Below, one piece after another: positions 25,142 through 37,104 of a DNA stretch of 64,000 nt. The translations under genes and the position numbers were made by a program. The notes beneath the pieces were generated by a model, which did not search any database, had not been told where the DNA came from, and saw only the letters and a program-made list of their open reading frames with translations. The DNA lies in NCBI GenBank assembly GCA_963664295.1, contig OY760935.1:480001-544000 (forward strand), given 5' to 3'. This stretch comes from Candidatus Altimarinota bacterium (GTDB taxonomy: Bacteria; Patescibacteriota; Gracilibacteria; CAIRYL01; GCA-016699755). Position 1 is the stretch's first letter. Every line of letters begins with the position of its first letter.

Positions 25142-27736
25142 ATGAAAAAAATAATAACAGGATTAATGATTTTAGCTTTGCTCATCTCGCTTTCTTATCA
25201 AGGTAAAGCAATAAGCGAAGATAATATTAACAAAGGAGAATTCATAAAAACAATGATTGATCTCAAAGGAGGACCTCTTGCAGACGATTCTCTACCAGAA
25301 ACTCCCACTTTTTCTGATGTTTTAACTGGTAGTCAATATTTTTCTTATGTTGAAACAGCTTATATACTTAAGTTAATTGAAAAAAACAGTAGTTTTTTTG
25401 AGCCTTTGGGGAATATAAAAAAAGACGAAGCTGTCAAAATATTTGTAAAAACTTTAGGCATACCAACAAACACTAGTAATGGACCTCATTTTAAAGATGT
25501 ACCAGAAAACTGGTGGACATATGAACAAATAGAAAGCCTATATCACAGAGGAGTTATTACCCTTGGTAATGGTTATTTTTATCCAAAAAATGATTTAACA
25601 AATAGTGAGCTCACAGAATGGATAGAAAGAGAAGAAGGCACTTATCATGGCGAAGATAAACCAGATATTACAGTAGACAGTATAGAAATTGAAAAAAGAA
25701 CTAGTAATGGTAAACAATATTATTATTATGAAATATATATAACTAATGTTGGCAATGCGAGTGCTAAAAAATCCAATACAAATGTTGAATTTTTTCCATA
25801 CCAACCAGTAAGCATAGACGGAAAAAACAGCTATGAATGCTTAAGTGAACTAAATAAAACAATTCCAGGTAATTATTTGATCACAGAAGATTCTCTTGAG
25901 CCAGGAGAGCGAGAATTAATTACCGGCTATTTCAACCCTGTTGTTTCCGGTGATTTAAGCATTTCTGTCACAGTGGACACAGAAAACGAACTAGAAGAAG
26001 AAAATGAAAGTAATAACAAATTTACAAAAACATTTTTAGTAACCAAAATAATTGAAAAAATGTATTGTCCTGAGCTGTGTACGAATAAATATTGCAGTAA
26101 TCAAGAAAAAAGACCTGATTTAACCATCGATAGAATTGAATTCAAAAAAAATAGCGTAAATAGCGGACAACTTGCTTATAATTTTTCTGTTTATGTAAAA
26201 AATATAGGCAATAGTGAGGCAGAAAAAGCTAATTTAAAAGTGGAACTATTACCTTCTCAGCCTAAAAAAATAATTCTTGATAATAATGATTTTGAATATC
26301 AGTGTTATAACGAAGCAGAAAGCACTGTTCCAAATGGTTATTTAGTAAAGGAAGATGTTTTACCAGTTGGCGAAGAAGAAGTTTATACCAATTATTTCAA
26401 TCCTATTCAGCCAGGCGAAATAACAATAAAAGCCACAATTGATGAAGAAGAAAACATTGACGAAAGCAATGAGTTTAATAATACATTATCAGCAACATTT
26501 ACTGTTAAAGATCTTGTTGATTCTTCTTTTTGTCCAAACCTTTGTCACGACAATCAATGTGGATCAGTCAATAAAACAGCAACTGACCTAGTATTAGACT
26601 CAATAAACAGCACTAAAACCGGAGAAAATGAATATAAAATTGATTTAACAAGCTGTATGGAGGGAGCAGAAAGCATAGATGATCTTTATGAAAACGGTCA
26701 ATCAAGCAGAGAGCTTGAATATCAATACACAACTTATGACCAAAACAATCTTGAATATACTGTTTCTGCTAGCTCAGGCAAAAGTGGATTTAAAGATGGT
26801 GAATGTGAAAACATTTCTTTTTATGTAAAAGATAACGCAGGCGAAAGAATAAGCCAAAACGCAAAAATAAAAATAAATCTTGACCCAAATAATAAAATCA
26901 CTGAAAAAGACGAAACAAACAATAGCGAGCTTCATTTAGTAAGCATTGGCTGTACTCCAGAAGGACAAATTATGGATATAGGCGGAAATTGTTGTACTGG
27001 CTTAATTATGAGCTCTACTGAATGGAGCGAACGAAGCCAAACTTGCTCAGAAAATAAATTTAAGCGCTGTATCAAATGTGGTGATGGTATTTGTAATACT
27101 GGTGAAGATATTTGCAATTGTCCTGACGACTGCGAAGAAGTGGAAATAGTAAGAAATGAAGACAATGAAGATAGCAATGAAAACAATGCAGAAGAAAATA
27201 ATAAAATTTTTGCAGACATAGACGAAACCACCATAGAAGGAAAAGCATCATTAAATCTTTATGAAAAAGGAATTATTGGTGGCTATCCTGATGGCGAATT
27301 CAAAGGAGAAAATGCAGTAAACAGAGCAGAAGCTGCTAAATTTATTCTTCTTGCGCGTGATGGCGAGATTTCAGAAGAAAGTGATAATCCAGACAGATTT
27401 CCTGATGTCAGCAGTGGTCAATGGTTTCATAAATATGTTATGACTTGTGAGCTTGAGGGAATTATTGAGGGCTATCCTGATGGATTTTTTCGACCACAAG
27501 ACACTGTGAATACTGTTGAGTTTCTAAAAATGCTAGCCATTGCTTTTGATCTTGAACTTGGTCTTGATTATTCCTATGAAGATGTGCAAAAAATAGACTG
27601 GTTTAGTGATTACGCAGGTATTGCAGAAAAATACACTCTTTTTCCAGATCGCATTACTTTATTAGAACCAGATAAAGAGCTAACTCGCAATGAAGTTGCT
27701 GTGGCAATTTATCAACTTTTAAAAGCTGTGGATTAA
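25142..27736 (+). CDS. Secreted surface protein with SLH domains, CARDB repeats and a Cys-rich segment
   Basis: Signal peptide; SLH (GYPDGEFKGENAVNRAE); CARDB (PDITV...NVG...VDTENELEEENESNN); CGDGIC...CPDDC. Confidence 0.85.
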   Translation: MKKIITGLMILALLISLSYQGKAISEDNINKGEFIKTMIDLKGGPLADDSLPETPTFSDVLTGSQYFSYVETAYILKLIEKNSSFFEPLGNIKKDEAVKIFVKTLGIPTNTSNGPHFKDVPENWWTYEQIESLYHRGVITLGNGYFYPKNDLTNSELTEWIEREEGTYHGEDKPDITVDSIEIEKRTSNGKQYYYYEIYITNVGNASAKKSNTNVEFFPYQPVSIDGKNSYECLSELNKTIPGNYLITEDSLEPGERELITGYFNPVVSGDLSISVTVDTENELEEENESNNKFTKTFLVTKIIEKMYCPELCTNKYCSNQEKRPDLTIDRIEFKKNSVNSGQLAYNFSVYVKNIGNSEAEKANLKVELLPSQPKKIILDNNDFEYQCYNEAESTVPNGYLVKEDVLPVGEEEVYTNYFNPIQPGEITIKATIDEEENIDESNEFNNTLSATFTVKDLVDSSFCPNLCHDNQCGSVNKTATDLVLDSINSTKTGENEYKIDLTSCMEGAESIDDLYENGQSSRELEYQYTTYDQNNLEYTVSASSGKSGFKDGECENISFYVKDNAGERISQNAKIKINLDPNNKITEKDETNNSELHLVSIGCTPEGQIMDIGGNCCTGLIMSSTEWSERSQTCSENKFKRCIKCGDGICNTGEDICNCPDDCEEVEIVRNEDNEDSNENNAEENNKIFADIDETTIEGKASLNLYEKGIIGGYPDGEFKGENAVNRAEAAKFILLARDGEISEESDNPDRFPDVSSGQWFHKYVMTCELEGIIEGYPDGFFRPQDTVNTVEFLKMLAIAFDLELGLDYSYEDVQKIDWFSDYAGIAEKYTLFPDRITLLEPDKELTRNEVAVAIYQLLKAVD

Positions 27737-28275
27737 AACTTCAACCACTCTCGCACTTTAAACTCTGCCATTGGAAAAATTTCAGTCTCCAAGTCTCTTA
27801 ATTCAAGGTCTGTAAAACGAGATAAAACAAAGTCAGAAGTGTCTATTGGCGAACCTTTTTCTCTTCTCTCTACGCCAATCTTTAAACGAGCAAAATTTTC
27901 TGTCTTCAAAATATTCATAATACTCAAAATCCCCTTATGACCACCTGACCCGCCACCATCACGAAAACGCAAAGAAGAAAAAGCGAGATCCTTGTCATCA
28001 TGCACAATTAAAAGATTATTATCAGTAATTTTATAAAAACTCTTCACAGCACGCACGCTCTCTCCGGACAAATTCATATAAGTTTGTGGCTTGAGAAAAA
28101 TAATTTTTTGACCTTCTTTTATTCCCTTAGATATTTTTCCTTTAAATTTCACTTCTTTTTTAAAAGCAGTGAAGTCCCATTTTGCCTGAAGATGGTCAGC
28201 CAATAAAAAACCGGCGTTATGACGCGTCTTTTTATATTTTTCGCCGGGATTTCCTAAAAAAACTATTAATTTCAT
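27733..28275 (-). CDS. pth: Peptidyl-tRNA hydrolase
   Basis: LGNPGEKYKKTRHNAGF, KPQTYMNLSG, VHDD, GGSGGHKG, RLKIGV. Confidence 0.97.
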   Translation of the reverse strand: MKLIVFLGNPGEKYKKTRHNAGFLLADHLQAKWDFTAFKKEVKFKGKISKGIKEGQKIIFLKPQTYMNLSGESVRAVKSFYKITDNNLLIVHDDKDLAFSSLRFRDGGGSGGHKGILSIMNILKTENFARLKIGVERREKGSPIDTSDFVLSRFTDLELRDLETEIFPMAEFKVREWLKF

Positions 28276-28520
28276 TTCTTTTTAAATCGCTTTATTTTTA
28301 AATTAGGACTTTTAACGAGCCAGCAAAAACCCAATATTATAAAGAGTCTTTTTATATTTTTCGCCGGGATTTCCTAAAAAAACTATTAATTTCATTTCTT
28401 TTTTAAATCGCTTTATTTTTAAATTAGGACTTTTAACAAGCCAGCAAAAACCCAATATTATAAAGAGTCTTTTTATATTTTTCGCCGGGATTTCCTAAAA
28501 AAACTATTAATTTCATTTCT

Positions 28521-28522
<2 letters not shown>
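28226..28522. repeat. 120/121-bp tandem repeat duplicating the pth 5' end
   Basis: gtctttttatatttttcgccgggatttcctaaaaaaactattaatttcatttctt at 28226, 28346 and 28467. Confidence 0.93.
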
Positions 28523-29897
<1,375 letters not shown>

Positions 29898-29973
29898 TTA
29901 ATTTAAATTTTTTCTGGATTTATAAAAAAAACTCTGGCACAATCAAAAGGTCTTTTTAGCTCCTCTTTAAGTT

Positions 29974-31479
29974 ATGTGCGGAATTTTAGGAATTTCGGCA
30001 AATTCTCCAGTTAATCAAGATTTATTTGATGGACTAACCTCGCTTCAACACAGAGGACAAGATGCTGCGGGTATTGCCACTTATGATGGCAAATTTCATA
30101 TGCGCAAAGGCAATGGTCTTGTGAGAGATGTGTTCTTTTCTCAACACATGGAAAGACTGATTGGTAATATAGGCATTGGTCATGTAAGATATCCCACTGC
30201 TGGTTGCAACTCTTCCTGGGAAGCCCAACCTTTTTTCGTTAATTCCCCTTTTGGTATTGTACTTGCTCATAATGGAAATTTAACCAATGCAGACGAACTT
30301 GCTCCTCATTTATTTAAAGAAAATTTACGCCACTTAAATACAAGTTCAGACTCTGAAGCTCTTTTGAATGTATTTGCTAATAAAATATTAAAACTTGGCA
30401 AAACTCACCTAGAACCAAAAGATGTATTTCAAGGAGTTAGAGACACAATGAGAAGATTAAAAGGTTCTTATGCAATAGTAAGTATTATTGCTGGTCAAGG
30501 ACTAGTTGGTTTTCGTGATCCTCTTGGTATTCGCCCTTTGGCTATTGGTGTACGTGAAAGCTCATTGGGCAAAGAATATTGCCTTGCTTCCGAAGGTCTT
30601 GTTTTTGCTCCACTTGGCTTCAAACTTTTGCGTGATGTTGAGCCTGGTGAAGCTGTTTTAATTAGAGATGGTGAAATATACACAGAAGCCTGCGCAAAAG
30701 ATACATCATTAAATCCCTGCATATTTGAATATATTTACTTGGCAAGACCTGATTCTATGATGGACAATATTTCTGTTCACAAAGCCAGATTGCGTATGGG
30801 AGAAGTTTTGGCAAAAAAAATTAAAGAAAAAATAGATCCAAAAAATATTGATGTAGTTATACCAATTCCTGAAAGTTCTCGTGTTGCGGCTGTACAAGTT
30901 GCCGAAGAGTTGAAACTACCATACAGAGAAGGCTTTATTAAAAATCGTTATATTGGAAGAACTTTTATTATGCCAGGACAAAAAGTTCGCAAAAAATCAG
31001 TAAAATACAAACTTTCTGCCATTGATTTAGAGTTTAAAAATAAAAATGTTCTTTTGATTGATGACTCTATTGTAAGAGGCAATACGTCTAAACAAATTGT
31101 GCAAATGGCTCGTGAGGCTGGTGCAAAAAAAGTATTTTTTGCTAGTGCAGCTCCACCACTGCTTCATCCTTGTGTTTATGGTGTTGATATGCCATCTAAA
31201 CAAGAATTTGTAGCACATAATCTTTCTATTGAAGAAATTCGTCAAGTTATTGGCGCAGATGAACTTGTTTATCAAGATTTAAAAGAGCTTGTAAAAGCTG
31301 TTCTTAGAAAAGGTAAACACAAAATTAATAAATTCTGCACTGCTTGTTTTAATGGAGAATATCCATCGCCAGACATAACTGAAGAAAAACTTGAAGAATG
31401 GGAACTATGCCGAGCTCAAAAACTAGCTGCTGGCGATCAAGAAAGCAGTCAAAACGACAATCCTGTCACCTTATTATAA
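29974..31479 (+). CDS. purF: Amidophosphoribosyltransferase
   Basis: MCGILG, LQHRGQDAAG, GHVRYPTAG, HNGNL, LIDDSIVRGNT. Confidence 0.98.
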   Translation: MCGILGISANSPVNQDLFDGLTSLQHRGQDAAGIATYDGKFHMRKGNGLVRDVFFSQHMERLIGNIGIGHVRYPTAGCNSSWEAQPFFVNSPFGIVLAHNGNLTNADELAPHLFKENLRHLNTSSDSEALLNVFANKILKLGKTHLEPKDVFQGVRDTMRRLKGSYAIVSIIAGQGLVGFRDPLGIRPLAIGVRESSLGKEYCLASEGLVFAPLGFKLLRDVEPGEAVLIRDGEIYTEACAKDTSLNPCIFEYIYLARPDSMMDNISVHKARLRMGEVLAKKIKEKIDPKNIDVVIPIPESSRVAAVQVAEELKLPYREGFIKNRYIGRTFIMPGQKVRKKSVKYKLSAIDLEFKNKNVLLIDDSIVRGNTSKQIVQMAREAGAKKVFFASAAPPLLHPCVYGVDMPSKQEFVAHNLSIEEIRQVIGADELVYQDLKELVKAVLRKGKHKINKFCTACFNGEYPSPDITEEKLEEWELCRAQKLAAGDQESSQNDNPVTLL

Positions 31480-31884
31480 ATAGTCCACAACCCTACTGTT
31501 TCTTGGTAAATAAATTTCAAGCTTAAATTGCTCACAAAAATCAAGAGTATTTTTGTTGTATGTGCCTTCTTCTAGCCAAACTCGAAAAATCCCCTTATCT
31601 CTCATTTGGCGTAAAAACTCTATTGTTTGCCAAGGCTCAATATCTGTAATCAAAACTGCATCAGGAAAAGGCCGAACAGAAGAGATATCAGGAAAACAAG
31701 GCTCTCCTTGAACTTCTTTAACAAGACTTTCTTCTGTTTTTACAGGCACAACCTTGTAGCCATTTTCTAAAAAATTTTCAAAAACATAAAAACCAGGCTT
31801 GTGCTTATCGTTAGAAGCACCAACTATTGCAAAAAGAAAATTTTTATTAAGAAATTTCTGAGGATCAAAAACAGTATTAAGCAT
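31474..31884 (-). CDS. CoA-binding domain protein (YccU-like)
   Basis: AIVGASNDKHKPG, GYKVVPV, VWLEEG. Confidence 0.8.
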   Translation of the reverse strand: MLNTVFDPQKFLNKNFLFAIVGASNDKHKPGFYVFENFLENGYKVVPVKTEESLVKEVQGEPCFPDISSVRPFPDAVLITDIEPWQTIEFLRQMRDKGIFRVWLEEGTYNKNTLDFCEQFKLEIYLPRNSRVVDYL

Positions 31885-33490
31885 GTTTTATGCAAGCAGA
31901 AATAAAAGAGAAAAAAAGCGGATGAGGTCTGTTTGGACGAGATAAAAACTCAGGATGAAACTGAACACCTAGCATCCAAGGATGATTTTTTGTTTCAACA
32001 ATTTCCACTAATTCACCATCTGGAGATGTGCCAGAAATAATAAATCCATTTTTTTCCAAACAATCACGATATTTATTATTAAATTCATATCTATGACGAT
32101 GGCGTTCGTCAATTTTTTTCTTTTTATATGCTTTATAAGCAAGAGTACCTGGCTTTAATACACAAGGCCAAGAGCCAAGTCGCAAAGTACCACCTTTTGC
32201 TCGTTTTTCACTTTGCCCAGGTAAAAAATGAACAATTTTATCTTTTGCTCGCTTCTTAAACTCCTCTGAATCTGCGTCTTTTAGTCCGCAAACATTGCGA
32301 GCAAATTCAATAGCCATAATTTGCGAACCCAAACAAAGACCAAAAAATGGTTTTTTGTTTATTCTGCAATATTCTGCGACTTTTATCTTACCTAATGTTC
32401 CCCTCTTTCCAAAACCTCCAGGAACTATTACTCCTGCACAATTTTTAATCTTTTCTACTACTTTTTTCTCTGTAGATTTTTTTTCTAATTTTTCTGTATC
32501 AATCCATTCAATTTCTGCCTTATGTCCATTTGCAAAAGAAGCGCTTTTTATCGCCTCTATTACGGAAATATAGGCATCATCTAAGTCAGTATATTTTCCA
32601 GCAAGGGCTATCTTAATTGGTTTTTTTGCAGAATGAATATTTTTAACCATTTTTTGCCAATCGCCAAGATCAATTTTTGGCTTTTTAATATTCATTTTTT
32701 CTGAAATTACCTCTGTTATTTTTGATTTGTGAAATCTAAGAGGAATTTCATAAATAGAAGGCAAAGTTGGCGCAGGAATAACTGCTTTTTTCTCAACCCC
32801 GCAAAATTTAGCTACTTTTTCTAAAATATCTTTTGGAATTTCAGCATCAGCACGAGCCACAATAAGATCAGGACTAATACCAGCACGACGAAGTTCGCGA
32901 ACAGAAAGCTGAGTTGGCTTAGTTTTTAACTCTTTTGATGCTGCCAAATAAGGCAAAAGAGTAAGATGAATAAAAATTACATTTTCACTTCCTTTTTCCA
33001 TTCTTAATTGACGAATGGCCTCTAAAAAAGGCTCTCCTTCAATATCCCCTACTGTTCCACCAATCTCACCAATTAAAATTTCTGCTTTGGCTGTTTTTAC
33101 TGCTTCTTCAACACGATTTTTAATAGCATTGGTAATATGGGGCACAACCTGAATAGTGCCACCCAAAAAATCGCCTCTGCGTTCTTTTTGTAAAACTTCA
33201 GTATAGATCTTACCAGTAGTAATATTGGAATACTGATTTAAATTTTCATCAATAAAACGCTCATAATGACCAAGGTCAAGGTCTGTTTCAGCGCCATCGT
33301 TAGTCACAAAAACTTCTCCATGCTGAAAAGGACTCATTGTCCCCGGATCTACATTTAAATAAGGGTCAAGTTTTTGGATAGTGACCTTAAAACCGGCATT
33401 TTTAAGCAACATGCCGACGGAGGCGGCAACAATTCCCTTTCCAAGGGAGCTACATACACCACCAGTTATAAATACATACTTCTTAGGCAT
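31877..33490 (-). CDS. pyrG: CTP synthase
   Basis: TGGVCSSLGKG, DPYLNVDPGTMSP, GLCLG, ERHRHRYE, QFHPE. Confidence 0.99.
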   Translation of the reverse strand: MPKKYVFITGGVCSSLGKGIVAASVGMLLKNAGFKVTIQKLDPYLNVDPGTMSPFQHGEVFVTNDGAETDLDLGHYERFIDENLNQYSNITTGKIYTEVLQKERRGDFLGGTIQVVPHITNAIKNRVEEAVKTAKAEILIGEIGGTVGDIEGEPFLEAIRQLRMEKGSENVIFIHLTLLPYLAASKELKTKPTQLSVRELRRAGISPDLIVARADAEIPKDILEKVAKFCGVEKKAVIPAPTLPSIYEIPLRFHKSKITEVISEKMNIKKPKIDLGDWQKMVKNIHSAKKPIKIALAGKYTDLDDAYISVIEAIKSASFANGHKAEIEWIDTEKLEKKSTEKKVVEKIKNCAGVIVPGGFGKRGTLGKIKVAEYCRINKKPFFGLCLGSQIMAIEFARNVCGLKDADSEEFKKRAKDKIVHFLPGQSEKRAKGGTLRLGSWPCVLKPGTLAYKAYKKKKIDERHRHRYEFNNKYRDCLEKNGFIISGTSPDGELVEIVETKNHPWMLGVQFHPEFLSRPNRPHPLFFSFISACIKHA

Positions 33491-33534
33491 ATATAAATTT
33501 TACACAAATATTTTTTAAAAACAATAAAATCTTA

Positions 33535-33945
33535 TTAACGAATTAAAAACGGATAATAAAGAGCTTTTAGTGGTTTTTTTACTGATCTAAAAATATTGTT
33601 AATGAAATAATTTTGCTTATTTTTATTAATTTTATAATTACAAACTTGGTACAAGGTTGCATTATCATAATCAGTAAAAGCAAAAAAATACAAACTTGTA
33701 CTTTCTTCTATGGTAATAGAATTTTCATACATAAAGCCTTCTGCAGGTGAGCCATCAGAATAAATAGTCCAAAAAATTTTTGCTTGTGGATTATTTGAAT
33801 GCAGTTTAATTTCAACTTTTTCATCAAAATTACCACCACAAATATCTGCCCAAACATCTAGATCAAGGCTTTTTACTTGAACCACATTACATCCTAAAAT
33901 AAAAATCGCAATCAGAGGAAATAAAATTATTTGCTTTAAAGTCAT
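33535..33945 (-). CDS. Putative lipoprotein with an Fn3-associated/chitobiase C-terminal-like domain
   Basis: Lipobox ILGC after MTLKQII; AKIFWT..DGSP...Y...ITI.EST.L..FA. Confidence 0.55.
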   Translation of the reverse strand: MTLKQIILFPLIAIFILGCNVVQVKSLDLDVWADICGGNFDEKVEIKLHSNNPQAKIFWTIYSDGSPAEGFMYENSITIEESTSLYFFAFTDYDNATLYQVCNYKINKNKQNYFINNIFRSVKKPLKALYYPFLIR

Positions 33946-34123
33946 TAAAATTATGAAATTTTGTGTTAAGAACATTTTTTCAAAAAACACAAAAAAATGA
34001 AAGATTTTTTATTAAATTTTTATGGTAATTTTTAAAAAAATTTGATTTAATACTCAAGCATCATATTTATCTTGAATTTATCAAGTATTTATGAGATAAT
34101 ATTAAGATAATTATCAAACAAAA

Positions 34124-34960
34124 ATGACAAATGACAATCAACAAAATCCTACACAAGGAGATCAAAATGTAAATCCTCAGGCTGGTAGTGGAACACCTGC
34201 TTCTGCAAACACAGGTGGAACACAGGCTAGTGATCCACAAGCAAGTGCTCAACAACAAATGCCACCTCAAGGACAAGATAATCAACAATTTCCACAAGGT
34301 CAACAAATGCCTCCGCAGGGTATGCCACAACAAGGAGGTCAAATGCCTCCGCAGGGTCAATGGGGCTATCCTCCTCAAGGTCAAATGCCTCCGCAGGGTA
34401 TGCCACAGCAAGGACAATGGGGTCAAATGCCTCCGCAGGGTCAATGGGGCTATCCTCCTCAAGGTCAAATGCCTCCGCAGGGTATGCCACAGCAAGGACA
34501 ATGGGGCCAAATGCCTCCGCAGGGTATGCCACAGCAACCGCAAACTCCTGTTGAAAGAATAGGATCTTTTGGTCGAGATAATGCTTTTCAAACAAGTATT
34601 AAACTTCCTAAACACAACCTAAGTTTCGATGAAAATAATTTTCTCAGATTGCTTGCAGGTTCAATCTCTCTTACAAAAGATGAAAAAAGAAGAGTTATTG
34701 AGGCTGTTCCTCGTTTAACACAAGCCCAAGTTGATGAACTAATTAAAATTCTTGACGAAGAAAAGAAAAAATTCTCTGAACTTGATGTAAAACATAAAGA
34801 TCAATTAAGAATGCTTGAAAATCAGCATAAAGTTGAATGGGAAGCACTAGAAGCAGAGCTAATGAGCGAAGAAACTGCTGTAGAAGAAAAAAGTCAAGCA
34901 GAAGAAATTCGCAAAAGCCTTGGCGTAAAAGATGAAGGTGAAAAAAAAGAAGAAAAATAG
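34124..34960 (+). CDS. Protein with Gln/Pro/Gly-rich repeat N-terminus and helical C-terminal domain
   Basis: 28-aa (84-bp) repeat at 34337 and 34421, partial at 34505; C-terminus FLRLLAGSISLTKDEKRRVIEAVPRL. Confidence 0.85.
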   Translation: MTNDNQQNPTQGDQNVNPQAGSGTPASANTGGTQASDPQASAQQQMPPQGQDNQQFPQGQQMPPQGMPQQGGQMPPQGQWGYPPQGQMPPQGMPQQGQWGQMPPQGQWGYPPQGQMPPQGMPQQGQWGQMPPQGMPQQPQTPVERIGSFGRDNAFQTSIKLPKHNLSFDENNFLRLLAGSISLTKDEKRRVIEAVPRLTQAQVDELIKILDEEKKKFSELDVKHKDQLRMLENQHKVEWEALEAELMSEETAVEEKSQAEEIRKSLGVKDEGEKKEEK

Positions 34961-34984
34961 ATAAATATTAACTAAATTGACATT

Positions 34985-35013
34985 AAGCCACTTTTAAAAA
35001 AGTGGCTTTTTTT
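34985..35013 (+). terminator. Intrinsic terminator
   Basis: aagccacttt-taa-aaagtggctt followed by a T run. Confidence 0.75.
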
Positions 35014-35109
35014 TAATTAATTTTTATTTTTTTTAAAAATTGAACAAAAAATTTATACACAAACATAAAAAATCCTTTATTTAATAAGGTAAAATAAATA
35101 TTAAAAAAG

Positions 35110-35137
35110 TGTATTACTGTACCGGTACAGTAATACA
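35110..35137 (-). terminator. Perfect 28-bp palindrome, probable terminator of the lemA operon
   Basis: tgtattactgtacc|ggtacagtaataca; followed by CTTTTTT on the minus strand. Confidence 0.6.
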
Positions 35138-35155
35138 AAAATAAATTAATTCTTC

Positions 35156-36034
35156 TTACCAACCACCAGAAAAACCACCGCCGCCAGAAAAACCACCGCC
35201 AAATCCACCAAAACTACTACTACCCAAAGAAGAACTACTGCTCCATGAAGAACCGCTACTAGAGCTCCAACCACTACCACTACTTCCTCCACTTCCTCCA
35301 GATAACCCACCAGAAATAATTGCTTTTATAAAAAGCAAAACCATCCACATAACCACATAAACTATCGCAACATCAAGACCACCAAGAAATAAAGACAACA
35401 TGCCACCAAAACCTTGTCCATAATAATTCCAAGGTTTATCAATAATAAAAACAAAAATAATAAGCCAAAAAGCAAGTGCTACCAAAAATCCAGCTGCAAG
35501 CTCACTTGTTGCATAAGAAGGTTCATATTGTGCAACTATACTTTCATCACCACGCAAAATAGCACCAAACTCTTCACAAACCTTAATTACACCTGTGTCA
35601 TAATCGTTATTACGAAAATTAGGCGGAAAATATTCTTCAGCAATTCTTGCAACCAAAGCATCTGGCAAAGTTCCTTCTGCTCCCAATCCTGTTTCTATTC
35701 TATACTTACGATCATTAACTGAAATTAAAATCAATAATCCATTATTGTTTTCTTTTTTGCCAATCCCCCATTCTTTAAAAATATCTACCGCAAAAGTTTC
35801 AATTGTGTGAGTTTCTGGCAATTGATCTATTGTAATTACAGCTATTTCTGCTGTGGTATCTTTTTCTATTTGATCTATTATTTGTTCAATTTGCTCATCT
35901 TTACTTAAAACATTTGCAAAATCACTCACATATCCTGTTGGTGTGTGATTTGCAATCTCTGCATATTCTATTGCAAAAACAGGAGCAATAAACAAGAAAA
36001 AAGCCGTAAATAAAGCAAAAAACTTTTTAATCAC
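35156..36034 (-). CDS. TPM domain protein (YgcG-like)
   Basis: YVSDFANVL, AEIAVITI, WGIGKKENNNGLLIL, IETGLGAEG.LPD, Gly/Ser tail GGGFSGGGG..GGW. Confidence 0.92.
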   Translation of the reverse strand: MIKKFFALFTAFFLFIAPVFAIEYAEIANHTPTGYVSDFANVLSKDEQIEQIIDQIEKDTTAEIAVITIDQLPETHTIETFAVDIFKEWGIGKKENNNGLLILISVNDRKYRIETGLGAEGTLPDALVARIAEEYFPPNFRNNDYDTGVIKVCEEFGAILRGDESIVAQYEPSYATSELAAGFLVALAFWLIIFVFIIDKPWNYYGQGFGGMLSLFLGGLDVAIVYVVMWMVLLFIKAIISGGLSGGSGGSSGSGWSSSSGSSWSSSSSLGSSSFGGFGGGFSGGGGFSGGW

Positions 36035-36540
36035 TATTTTTTATCAACAATTTTTTCAATTTTTTCTAAAATTTCCAAAAGAACTTCTATTTTCTTCTCA
36101 TCAAGAAAATTGTCAAAAACACTGCTCACACTCTGCTGGTCTATTTCTTTAATATTAAGATATTCAAGACCATAAACAAGACCCGTTAAGGTCACTACAA
36201 TATCTTCTGTGTCTAAGGAGATTTTTTTAAAATAAGCCTGTCTAGCAGAAGCCAATAAACGACGAACTTCTGTTTCTAATGCTCGTCTTAAATCCTCCTT
36301 GTTTATTTCTATATTTAAAACAGTGTCCTCCCCTTCTAAAAGTTTGTACTCATTACGCATAACGAGGAAATCTAAAGCAAAAACATCAGCGCCTTTCTTG
36401 AAATCATCTTCTTCAAGAAAAATTGGAAAAGCATTTTCTGTTTTAATTTTTACCTCTTTTAATTTTGAGGAAGTCCAATTTTTTGCGACCAAAACCTCAA
36501 AGACTCTTGGTCCTTTTTTAAAAGTAAATCTAGAAATCAT
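36034..36540 (-). CDS. Degenerate nucleotidyltransferase-like protein of lemA-TPM operons
   Basis: PIFLEEDDF...ADVFALDFL.M...Y.LL.GED.....I...DLR..LE.EVR pattern and position; recognised from memory. Confidence 0.55.
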   Translation of the reverse strand: MISRFTFKKGPRVFEVLVAKNWTSSKLKEVKIKTENAFPIFLEEDDFKKGADVFALDFLVMRNEYKLLEGEDTVLNIEINKEDLRRALETEVRRLLASARQAYFKKISLDTEDIVVTLTGLVYGLEYLNIKEIDQQSVSSVFDNFLDEKKIEVLLEILEKIEKIVDKK

Positions 36541-36546
36541 AATTTA

Positions 36547-37104
36547 TTAAGAAAAATCTACTTCCGGAGCAGTTTCTGCACCTTCTGATGCTTCAAAAAG
36601 CTCATGGCGTTCAAAACCAAAAATCATAGCTAAGAAATTTTTTGGAAAACTACGAAAAGCTTTATTTGCAGTTGTTGCAACAGCATTATAATTTTTCCTT
36701 GCCACAGCTATACGATTTTCTGTGCCTTCTAATTGCACTTGTAAATCCTTGAAATTTTGAGTTGCTTTTAAATCAGGATAATTCTCCACAGTCACTAACA
36801 ATCTTGATAAAGCTGAGTCCATTTGATTTGAAGCTTCAAATTTTTCACCAGGAGTTTGAGCCTTTGCCCAAGCACTTCTCGCTTCAGTCACTTCTGTAAA
36901 AGTGCCTTTTTCAAAGTCTGCTGCACCTTTTACAGTAGCCACAAGATTATCAATTAAATCAAAACGGCGCTGAAGAGTTGTTTCAACATCTGAATAAGCT
37001 TGATTAGCTTGTTCATCTACATCAACTAATTGATTGTAACTTGAGCTAATCCAAGCGACTAAAAGAAGTGCTACAGCACCAATTATTAATAAAGTTTTTT
37101 TCAT
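36547..37104 (-). CDS. lemA: LemA family protein
   Basis: QRRFDLIDNLV, ENYPDLKA, LEGTENRIAVARKNYN, FP. Confidence 0.95.
   Translation of the reverse strand: MKKTLLIIGAVALLLVAWISSSYNQLVDVDEQANQAYSDVETTLQRRFDLIDNLVATVKGAADFEKGTFTEVTEARSAWAKAQTPGEKFEASNQMDSALSRLLVTVENYPDLKATQNFKDLQVQLEGTENRIAVARKNYNAVATTANKAFRSFPKNFLAMIFGFERHELFEASEGAETAPEVDFS

Noticed and set aside
34067-34615. Alternative-frame ORFs over the Gln/Pro repeat
   Set aside because: Open frames are a by-product of a stop-poor tandem repeat
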